DNA of 41,845 nt from the UHGV virus genome UHGV-1350644; one strand, given 5' to 3'. The DNA comes from a virus. Positions within the stretch are counted from its first letter, which is position 1, and each line of letters starts with the position of its first letter. Under the pieces are notes generated by a model that was not told the origin of the DNA, ran no database searches, and saw only the letters and a program-made list of their open reading frames with translations. The position numbers and the translations under genes are program-made. This document shows, one piece after another, positions 34,442 through 41,845 of this stretch.

Positions 34442-34795
34442 CTATGCTAACTCAACTACAGCTACAGATGCATTCGCAGTGGACGGAACAATGATGATTT
34501 TATCCTTATCCTCTCCGGATACGTTCTTGTACCTGCCATCATCAAGTCTGATTGCTGCAATCTTGCCTGCCGGTACAGTGAATGCATCAAGGTCTTTAAC
34601 TCCCTGGATGCCGTTACCTTTCTTCACTGTTACTGTAACAGCAGCAGAAGTGTTAGTGTTCTGTACTAAAATCAGTCTTTTGAAGTCTCCGTTTGTTGCC
34701 GGAATTGCTACACCATCGGTATTTCCGGCTGTGAAAGTCAGCACTTTCCAATCATTCAGCACTAATGCATCATTTGTAATATTTACTTTAGCCAT
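34442..34795 (-). CDS. Small beta-rich virion protein (decoration or tail-tube candidate)
   Basis: Immediately downstream of the capsid gene. Confidence 0.3.
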   Translation of the reverse strand: MAKVNITNDALVLNDWKVLTFTAGNTDGVAIPATNGDFKRLILVQNTNTSAAVTVTVKKGNGIQGVKDLDAFTVPAGKIAAIRLDDGRYKNVSGEDKDKIIIVPSTANASVAVVELA

Positions 34796-34807
34796 TGTCT
34801 ACACCTC

Positions 34808-35635
34808 CTATACCCATTTTCCTACAATCATTTCTTTTGGTCTTGCAATGATACCATCGTACAGGATAAATCCTTTTACTGCATCAGAGAAAAGCTGCTG
34901 CGGTCTGTACGGCTCGATGTGAGTCATCGGGTTAACGAATGCGATTGCTCTATTCGTTTTGAGCTGTACCATGTAGTTTCCGGAAGAATCCTTTGCACAG
35001 TTATTAGATTCTTTGATTGTGATACCGTTATATCTTCCAACAACACCATTTTTCAGCATTGCGGAGTTATCGGTATCAAGGTGTGTGTATGCCTGCTTTA
35101 ACAGCATTACATGCTTCGGTGGAAGTGTAAGCGTGATGTTAGAATTTCTCTTAACATCGTTTTCCAGAAGTCTTACAAGCATGCTGTCGATTGTTTCAAG
35201 GATATTATCCTTTGTGATTGTTGTTGCAGCAGAGTTGAAAACTACAGCCTGTTTGTCTAAGGACATATTTGCAATAAACTGGTCCATATCATTTGCAAGC
35301 CCTTCCGATGTTTCTTTCGCTAATGCTTCCATGATACCGCCAACAGCCTGTCTCTTGTCAATATCATCAACTTTATAGTTGAAGTAGGACACCTGATTGA
35401 TATTCAGAGTGATGGACTGATCTGCAACATCTTCTGCATCTCCCAGCTTAATCTTTTTGCCGATCTGCTTTGTAATTGTTGGCTTGCCTACACCAAGGAT
35501 TCTTACGGAGTCGCCCTTCTGCTTTACATCGCCCTCATACTGTCTGTTTGTATCGGCTACAAACACTGTTTCTCTTTCTAAGTCTCTGTTAATAGATTCC
35601 GCCCACACTGTCGGAATAAAATTCTGATATGCCAT
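34808..35635 (-). CDS. major capsid protein
   Basis: Follows the scaffold gene. The N-terminal 'NFIPTVWAESI' region is capsid-like. Confidence 0.6.
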   Translation of the reverse strand: MAYQNFIPTVWAESINRDLERETVFVADTNRQYEGDVKQKGDSVRILGVGKPTITKQIGKKIKLGDAEDVADQSITLNINQVSYFNYKVDDIDKRQAVGGIMEALAKETSEGLANDMDQFIANMSLDKQAVVFNSAATTITKDNILETIDSMLVRLLENDVKRNSNITLTLPPKHVMLLKQAYTHLDTDNSAMLKNGVVGRYNGITIKESNNCAKDSSGNYMVQLKTNRAIAFVNPMTHIEPYRPQQLFSDAVKGFILYDGIIARPKEMIVGKWV

Positions 35636-35649
35636 TTGTTATTTCTCCT

Positions 35650-36357
35650 TTACCATTTGGTCATTGATTTACGGATAAGATCAAAATTCTTGCTTACTTC
35701 TTCCTGTGACATTGCAGCAACCTCTTCACGAGTGAAATAATCGGTTTCAGGCTTTGTGCTTGTTGCGACTGCCCCGACAACTGGGGGTTTCTTGGGTGTT
35801 GTATTGCCCTTATAAGCAAGCATCATCTGATAAGCTTGCTCTGCCCCCATTTCTCCCATTGGGTTGAATCTGAATGCCAAGTATTCCTGCCCTAATTCAT
35901 CAATGGACTTTACTTCCGGATGTAACTTCTGAATTTCTGCTAAATCCGCATTCATTTGTGCTTGCGCTTGCTGTTCTACAAGCTGCTGTTTAAGTTCTTC
36001 GTTTTCCGCTTGCATCGTTTCAAGCTGTGACTGCATCTGCTGTTCAGCTCTGACCTCTTCAAGCGGTCTTTGAGATGCATAAGCCTGTGCCTGTAATGAT
36101 TTATCCTCGCCATCAAAAAACAGCCCTAAGGCATCCTCATACTCCTTGGACTGCTTCTGTGCTTCGGCTAACTGCCGTGCAAGATCTTCATTTTGTCTGC
36201 GCATCTGCGCAAAAGCGGCATCCTGCTCTGTTTTGCCCGTTTCAGCGACCTCCGGGGTTTCTTCGCTTGAAGTTTCCACTTCATTGTCCGGTTCGGCGAC
36301 TTCCGGCACTTCTGCGCCTACATCCTCTAATTGAGAATCTAAAGTTTCAAAATCCAT
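35650..36357 (-). CDS. scaffolding protein
   Basis: Acidic, Q/E-rich coiled-coil; lies between portal and capsid. Confidence 0.55.
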   Translation of the reverse strand: MDFETLDSQLEDVGAEVPEVAEPDNEVETSSEETPEVAETGKTEQDAAFAQMRRQNEDLARQLAEAQKQSKEYEDALGLFFDGEDKSLQAQAYASQRPLEEVRAEQQMQSQLETMQAENEELKQQLVEQQAQAQMNADLAEIQKLHPEVKSIDELGQEYLAFRFNPMGEMGAEQAYQMMLAYKGNTTPKKPPVVGAVATSTKPETDYFTREEVAAMSQEEVSKNFDLIRKSMTKW

Positions 36358-36377
36358 TCTGTATCTCCTTTAATTTA

Positions 36378-38048
36378 TTAAAAAACAGCCGGTTGTTCGG
36401 CTGTTTCTTGACCTGTATATTGTTGCTGTGCAATCTGTATTGCTTCTTCTTGCGGTATGCCTTGCGACATTAATTGTTCTACAATTTCAGCAAGCTGTGC
36501 ATTGCTTTCTTCTTGCTGATTCTGCATTGCTTGACGTTTTGCCAGTACCGCATTTAATTTTCCGACCGGAACAGAACTATTTGCTGGCGCAAGCTCTGCG
36601 TATTCCTCTAAGGATAGTTGTCCTCGGTCAAACATATTATCAAGCCATTGCTGTTCAGAAAGTTTTGTCCACTGGTTATCCTGTGATACATCAATTCTTA
36701 CAGTCGGCTTCAATCTTTGTAATTCTTCTTGGGAAATGAACATCTGCTCATCTTCGCCCATATCGTTCGTTCTTGTAATCGTGATGCCCTCCGGATTGTA
36801 TGCTACCCACATATCAAACCAAAGCATAGCTACATCTTCGACATACTGCTTATAACGTGCTACATTTTCATTCAATGTTACCTGTGACGAGTCTCGAACT
36901 GCTATAATTGCCTGTCCGGATGCTTGTTCCGGATTGACATTACCAAGCGCATAATCGCTTGCACCTACTAAATCTTTGGTCATTTGCAGTAAATCATCTT
37001 GCAAATACTTCGCATCACTAGAAATATTCGTTGCATTTAGATACGCTATCTGCTGCGATATGGATTGCGCTCCACCGCCATTTACTTCGATTGGCTTTCC
37101 TACTGTCTCTAAATCTTCCGGATTTACTACTGTGCTTGCATCATACGCAAGTCTTGGAAAAGCGCTCGTTCTTACAGTGATTGCACGTCTTGCAATGGTT
37201 TTATTAATTTCAAGCTGATTCGGAATCAGCTGCGCTACTTCCGCAACACCTCTTGCGTTATACGGGACCGGTCTCCATACCATTGAACAGATAGGATATG
37301 ATTTTAAGCCTGTTATATCCCCCTGTATTGGATGAATTGGTTCATATACGCACTGCTGTGTTGATCGTCCAACATGCACTACACCATCACGCTTTGTCAT
37401 GTACAGAAGCGAAGTAACCTTATTGGAAACTTCGTCTTTATTCATAATGACTCCGTTATCCCCATTAGAATTGGAGTCTCCGACAATTAAATCTCTTTCT
37501 TTCTTTGGAATGCCATTATCCTTTGCAATCTGTCTGACTTCATCCACGCTTCGTCTTTCTCTGATGATAATAAACGGCTGGTCTTGTATCTCTGTTATAT
37601 TTTCATCTCCAAGAAGCACGGATGTGTTCGGTAATACTTTAGGTGGAATATCGGTCCTATCCGTCTCCCACATGGTATAAGCATCTCCTTGAATAGCAGC
37701 AGACTTGATCACATCCCATGTTTTGGAGTCCATTTTGGACTTCTCCCAGTTCTTTGAAAAGTTTTGGTTCAGTAGTCCATAAATTTCCTGTAATTCGGCT
37801 GAGTTCGTAACATCAGAATACTTTGCTGTCATTGCATTCTGCGATACAACAGAGGTTTTATAGTCTACAATCTGTTGAATAATGTTAAGCACTGGCAGTT
37901 CTTCCCCGCCAGTATTGCATCCTACCCACTGATTTCCGATATAGAAGTTCCAGTTTCGTTCTGTCTTACTGACTAACTGCTTTTTTTGGATGTAATCTTT
38001 GCATTTTTCGTACTTACTCCAAATTTTGGTATAATTCTTATCTATCAC
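36378..38048 (-). CDS. portal protein
   Basis: 556 aa, directly downstream of TerL. Confidence 0.55.
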   Translation of the reverse strand: MIDKNYTKIWSKYEKCKDYIQKKQLVSKTERNWNFYIGNQWVGCNTGGEELPVLNIIQQIVDYKTSVVSQNAMTAKYSDVTNSAELQEIYGLLNQNFSKNWEKSKMDSKTWDVIKSAAIQGDAYTMWETDRTDIPPKVLPNTSVLLGDENITEIQDQPFIIIRERRSVDEVRQIAKDNGIPKKERDLIVGDSNSNGDNGVIMNKDEVSNKVTSLLYMTKRDGVVHVGRSTQQCVYEPIHPIQGDITGLKSYPICSMVWRPVPYNARGVAEVAQLIPNQLEINKTIARRAITVRTSAFPRLAYDASTVVNPEDLETVGKPIEVNGGGAQSISQQIAYLNATNISSDAKYLQDDLLQMTKDLVGASDYALGNVNPEQASGQAIIAVRDSSQVTLNENVARYKQYVEDVAMLWFDMWVAYNPEGITITRTNDMGEDEQMFISQEELQRLKPTVRIDVSQDNQWTKLSEQQWLDNMFDRGQLSLEEYAELAPANSSVPVGKLNAVLAKRQAMQNQQEESNAQLAEIVEQLMSQGIPQEEAIQIAQQQYTGQETAEQPAVF

Positions 38049-38303
38049 TTACAAAATCTCCTTTTGTCCGGTACTATCTCCATGATAGTTTTCAATATTT
38101 TGTAAAATAAGCTGCTGTCTGCGTATTTTCGCTTCGTTTACCGACTCTTTTTTTCGTCTTTCAATAGCTTTTTTAGGGCTTTCAACCTTGATTTCCGGCT
38201 TTCTGACCTCTTTCGCACCAATGTTATAGCCCTTTATAAAACAAAAGATGCCTAAAATCGGCATCATGACGGATAATATTAAGATTGTGATGTTAGATAA
38301 CAT
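38049..38303 (-). CDS. Small membrane protein between TerL and portal
   Basis: Two hydrophobic segments; overlaps the TerL stop. Confidence 0.35.
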   Translation of the reverse strand: MLSNITILILSVMMPILGIFCFIKGYNIGAKEVRKPEIKVESPKKAIERRKKESVNEAKIRRQQLILQNIENYHGDSTGQKEIL

Positions 38304-39756
38304 GGATTTTATCTCCCTTATCGAATTTTTTACCTTTTTTCTTCTTCAAGCCGGGGAAATTCCGCTCTAAAAAGCTTTCTTCCTTGACTTTTAGCACTTT
38401 TGCATTCGAATAAATGAATTTATTCAGCATTTGAGACATGCAGTCTACTTGGTCATCATGTTTACCATTTGGAAACGATGCGCACTCTTCTACAAAATCC
38501 CCTGTAAAGGGTTTATTCTTCGGTAAGAAGCAGTTTCCGCTTTCAATCGTACCAACTACCGCATTAACACGGGAAACTTTACCGCCATCCGGATTGACTG
38601 AAATAATTCCCGGAATATGTGTTCTCAAATATTTAATAATTGCAGAACCATTCGCCTTATCTTCAATATAAGTGGTCTTACATTTTGGATACATGCCCCT
38701 CAAGCGAGTAATTTCCCTTATCGTTGACGGCATATCTAAATGTTTTTTCACTGCATCTATCAAATACATATCCGGACCCGTCTTGCCCCATACCTGTATT
38801 GCTACAAAGTCATTATCGTCTCCATCTTTGAACGTGGCATCCACGCTCATTCCCCAAGTAACAATGCTTGGAAGTGTTTCGTAATACTGCCACCATTCAC
38901 GTTTTATCAGATTGCCCTCAAGCCCTGTCGGATGCCCTTGGAAAAGTGCATTCCATGCACGTGATCCGCTGACGCTCATATATGACTTCTTGAAGTCGGC
39001 AAGCCAAGTATTATCCTTGCCAATCTCCGGGCAAAGTGCTTCGCCTACTTTACGTCCTAAAATATCATCCGGCTCTGCTTCCAGTGGAATATTGACCACT
39101 TTCACATTCTCTTCGGTTTCAAGCATCCTTCCTGCCAAATCGTCCTCATGCCAGCGTGTCATAATCACAATGACTTTCGCTCCGGCATAAAGTCTTGTCT
39201 TAAAGGACGATAGCCATTCATCAAATGCCCTATTACGATAGCTTTCAGAGTCAGCTTCTTGCTGTGTTTTAACCGGGTCATCAATAATCATAAGGTCGCA
39301 TCTTCGTCCAGTTACACCGGACATTAAACCACGACTGACCATGCCACCGGTATGCCCCTCTAATTCAAATTCAGTCGCATTTGCCGGGCTTCCAATTTTA
39401 ACCCCGAAAATATGACCGAACTCTTTTATCTTTGACAAGTTTCTTCTACCGAATTTCTGTGCAAAATCTTCCGAATAGGATATTTCAATCACTGACTTAT
39501 CCGGATTTCTCCCAAGATACCAACTTGGCAGCGTTTCCGTTACTGTAACAGACTTACCATGCTGTGGCGGTGTCGAGATTATCAAAATATCATACGCATG
39601 ACCAGTATCAGCTTCTAAAAAATCTTGCACTGTATCACACAAAAAACGATGAAATTTACTGACTTTATAGCCTTTATTGGTATGTTTTACATAAGCAAAA
39701 TAATCCGTCCTTAAAACGTCATTATAGAGCTTTAAAACATTATCCATTCTTGCCAC
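38293..39756 (-). CDS. terL: terminase large subunit
   Basis: Walker A STPPQHGKS, Walker B DLMIIDD, nuclease TRWHEDD. Confidence 0.85.
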   Translation of the reverse strand: MARMDNVLKLYNDVLRTDYFAYVKHTNKGYKVSKFHRFLCDTVQDFLEADTGHAYDILIISTPPQHGKSVTVTETLPSWYLGRNPDKSVIEISYSEDFAQKFGRRNLSKIKEFGHIFGVKIGSPANATEFELEGHTGGMVSRGLMSGVTGRRCDLMIIDDPVKTQQEADSESYRNRAFDEWLSSFKTRLYAGAKVIVIMTRWHEDDLAGRMLETEENVKVVNIPLEAEPDDILGRKVGEALCPEIGKDNTWLADFKKSYMSVSGSRAWNALFQGHPTGLEGNLIKREWWQYYETLPSIVTWGMSVDATFKDGDDNDFVAIQVWGKTGPDMYLIDAVKKHLDMPSTIREITRLRGMYPKCKTTYIEDKANGSAIIKYLRTHIPGIISVNPDGGKVSRVNAVVGTIESGNCFLPKNKPFTGDFVEECASFPNGKHDDQVDCMSQMLNKFIYSNAKVLKVKEESFLERNFPGLKKKKGKKFDKGDKIHVI

Positions 39757-40456
39757 CCTCTAACAGTTTCGGTCTTGTATAGCCAAGTTCTTTCAGATTT
39801 TCTTCCGCTTCCTTTACGCTTGCATTATCTTCGACTTTCACAACTCTATCTTCTCTCTTATCTGCCCAGTCACATAAATTCTTTAACGTAAAAATCGCAC
39901 TAGATGTATTATATGCGCCTACCAAGGCACCATCCGAAAGCAAGTCACTTAGCATGGACTTATATTCGCTTTCCTGTGACGGACTCATATTCGCCAAGTG
40001 TTCCCTCATAGATCTCCGAGAAATCCCAAGCCACAAGGCTAAATTCGTCACATTCGGCACAATCGGCATCATGCCAGGTTCGCCATCCGGTCTTGTGAAC
40101 TTTTTCATAAAATTATGATTTCTGATATATGCACAAAACCCCTCAAAGGCGGTCAATATCTCTTCGCAATTCTCAAATATCTTTGCATGATAATTTGGAG
40201 TCATATCCTCTCTCATAGAGTAAATATAGCCCCACATTTCCTTTGCTTCTTTCGTTAAGTCCTTATCCGCTAAGTTTAGTGGATTCGGTCTTGGTTGCTC
40301 ATATTGCTTATATAGCTGCTCTGCTCTGCGTATTGCTTTCTTTGCATACGCTTCTTTATTCTTGTCCTTTATCTGTGGTCTGACGTGAGGTACGAATGGT
40401 TTTGCTACTATCTCATCATTCCTTGGTCTACCTCTACTTCTCTTTTCTTCTTCCAT
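39740..40456 (-). CDS. terS: terminase small subunit (HTH-containing)
   Basis: Upstream of TerL and overlapping it; N-terminal GRPRN plus an HTH; RBS ggaaaggagag. Confidence 0.55.
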   Translation of the reverse strand: MEEEKRSRGRPRNDEIVAKPFVPHVRPQIKDKNKEAYAKKAIRRAEQLYKQYEQPRPNPLNLADKDLTKEAKEMWGYIYSMREDMTPNYHAKIFENCEEILTAFEGFCAYIRNHNFMKKFTRPDGEPGMMPIVPNVTNLALWLGISRRSMREHLANMSPSQESEYKSMLSDLLSDGALVGAYNTSSAIFTLKNLCDWADKREDRVVKVEDNASVKEAEENLKELGYTRPKLLEGGKNG

Positions 40457-40486
40457 GTTCTCTCCTTTCCAGTTAATTTATGTAAA

Positions 40487-40508
40487 TTATGTAATGAACA
40501 TTACATAA
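40487..40508. promoter_or_regulatory. Perfect 10-bp inverted repeat 30-50 nt upstream of the terS start (candidate late-activator operator or pac/cos element)
   Basis: ttatgtaatg-aa-cattacataa. Confidence 0.4.
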
Positions 40509-41360
40509 ACTTTATTTCAGTAAATTATTTCTTGGTATTCCACCTGTGAACAAAGTTGACTTTCGCTCATTTTATACTGGAAATTTTTTATAATTTTGGA
40601 AATTGAGCTTCTTTCGACTAGTGGGGGTGTTTACGATGTGGGGGAGAGGTGTAAGTACTCTGTATAGGGGGCTTGCTCGCGCGAGTGGGTGCGTTTACGA
40701 TGCACCCTCTTCGGGTCGGCTGCCATCCTCCGGCATACTATATATAGTGGTCGAGCCGGTCAAAGGAAAAAATTATTGCGGGATATAATGCTATGGTATA
40801 GGCTGCACACCAGTAACCGCAATGGTTGTAGGCTTTTCTGCTTGCTTGCTTAACTATTCCGTAAATTATGATTTAGGGAATAGTTGAATGGTTATAAAAA
40901 AAGAAGCCGACAGTTTTTGTCGGCGGTACATCTATGAGAGCCCGTTCCCCCCTCTTGATTCTGCATTCATTATCTACTATTTTATGCGAAAAAAGTCTGA
41001 GCTGAAAAAAGCATTCTGAATAAATACAGTTTTGTATTGCCGTTACTATGGGGTAATGAGTGATAACTATGCTATATCCCGCCCCGATCGGCTGCCCTAC
41101 CTATATATGCCCCGATGCAATGCCCTATAGGCTGATATGGTATCTGATTATATAAGAATCGTTGAGCATTTCCCCCGAACGAAAAAATCCGGCTGCATTA
41201 TTTCCCACTAATAATACATACCGGATCATTTCCCCCGCCCCGCAGGGATACCGAAAGGAGGATGAAAAAAATGTAGAAAATCAACTATCCACACTATTAT
41301 TATAACACATTTCTAAAAATCCGCATCCGCGGAAAGTCCGCATTTTTCAATAGTTTCAGA

Positions 41361-41429
41361 GGTTTTTGAAAAAAAGTTTGAAAAAGTTTTGAAAAAGGTG
41401 TTGACATACACCGCTTGCGGTGCTATGCT
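41361..41429 (+). promoter_or_regulatory. Promoter with upstream A-tract repeats and an operator-like palindrome (TTGACA-17-TATGCT; caccgcttgcggtg)
   Basis: (gttt)ttgaaaaa three times, then ttgacatacaccgcttgcggtgctatgct. Confidence 0.5.
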
Positions 41430-41481
41430 ATAGCCACAACGAAAAATCGGAACGGCAAGAGCCGAGCGAAAGGAGAAAAAA

Positions 41482-41769
41482 ATGAAAGCAGAATTATATT
41501 ATATTCAGTCAATAGAAAATGGTTCAGTAGCATGGGAAGCATGGACGGCAGCTGAACCAGTCAGCAATCAGTACGTGAATCAAGATGTGCTAAAAACAAG
41601 AGAAGTTGAACTTCCGAAAGGTTGGAGTGTAGGATATACCCCGAACGAAGTAAGAGGTATTTTTGATAACAATAACAGAGCTGTTAAAATCAAAGGCGGA
41701 TACAACAGCGCAATATATGCCCTTTCCGGAGAAAGCGAAGAAAGAATTTATCTTAGAAAGGCAAAATAA
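41482..41769 (+). CDS. hypothetical protein (first gene of the accessory operon)
   Basis: Strong RBS aaaggag. Confidence 0.55.
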   Translation: MKAELYYIQSIENGSVAWEAWTAAEPVSNQYVNQDVLKTREVELPKGWSVGYTPNEVRGIFDNNNRAVKIKGGYNSAIYALSGESEERIYLRKAK

Positions 41770-41825
41770 ATGGGCAAGACATCACGAAGCGGACAAAACA
41801 ATCAAAACATATCAGGAGCATAAAA

Positions 41826-41845
41826 ATGGCACAGAAATATACGGA
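41826..41845 (+). CDS. 5' end of the RHH gene (MAQKYT...), continuing at position 2 if circular
   Basis: RBS caggag 7 nt upstream of the ATG at 41826; in frame with the ORF at 2..166 across the junction. Confidence 0.5.

Larger units (their letters stand above)
40457..41481. other. ~1-kb non-coding, repeat-rich, locally GC-rich region between the accessory operon and terS
   Basis: GTTTACGATG twice, a ctcgcgcgag palindrome, CGGCTGCC..TATATAT twice, CATTTCCCCCG two or three times, tccgcat repeats, G-runs. Confidence 0.7.
1..41845. mobile_element. Apparently complete temperate tailed-phage genome (lysogeny, replication/recombination, packaging, morphogenesis, lysis modules; attP). Probably a circularly closed representation.
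   Basis: Integrase, CI and Cro, attP with a tRNA fragment, TerS, TerL, portal, capsid, fibre and lysis genes all lie in one window. The ORFs at the two window ends join in frame. Confidence 0.8.

Noticed and set aside
1-41845. Two partial prophages in tandem (late genes of one, attR, then int and early genes of the next)
   Set aside because: The window ends join in frame to form a complete RHH gene with an RBS. Exactly one copy of each module and one att site are present, and there are no host genes. A single circularly closed genome explains the data more simply.
1-41845. Diversity-generating retroelement, retron or toxin-antitoxin with a recognisable toxin
   Set aside because: There is no reverse-transcriptase-like ORF, no template/variable repeat pair and no recognisable toxin fold next to the RHH gene.

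Overview
The whole 41.8-kb window reads as one temperate tailed-phage genome from a low-GC Firmicutes (Clostridia-like) host, with no flanking host genes. It looks circularly closed. The truncated ORF at position 2 continues in frame from an ATG with a strong RBS at 41826, and the two parts together give a complete 61-aa ribbon-helix-helix protein. The layout on the circle is as follows. A plus-strand accessory operon (41482 through the junction to 1428: hypothetical, RHH, J-domain-like protein with HSD instead of HPD, two hypotheticals) ends at a bidirectional terminator. A long minus-strand early operon (15279 down to 1466) carries Cro-like HTH, a secreted GH73-like protein, a Zn-finger protein, a Rad52-like Sak annealase, a YqaJ exonuclease, HNH, NinB, a replisome organizer with internal iterons, SSB, MazG, a Holliday-junction resolvase, a protein with 12 tandem 15-bp repeats, an orphan beta-class DNA methyltransferase, a DUF1599-like protein and an ArpU/sigma-region-4-like late activator. 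A plus-strand lysogeny operon (15608..17867) carries a CI-like XRE repressor, a mini ImmA-like HEXXH peptidase, a secreted Fn3-like protein and a tyrosine integrase. Then comes attP, with a core of about 50 nt that is the 3' half of a tRNA-Arg(ACG) and GGTGTGACAC arm-type repeats on both sides. A five-gene minus-strand moron island (18278..20419) has its own promoter and terminators. The minus-strand late operon (40456 down to 20522) runs TerS, TerL, portal, scaffold, capsid, a collagen-like tail fibre, paralogous receptor-binding-like proteins, a PG-binding protein, a 1577-aa virion protein, an M15 endolysin, a holin and a terminal sigma-r4-like HTH. A roughly 1-kb repeat-rich non-coding region (40457..41481) sits upstream of terS. 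No canonical tail tube, sheath or tape-measure triad is recognisable. Most + strand ORFs in the track that lie antisense to these genes are artefacts.
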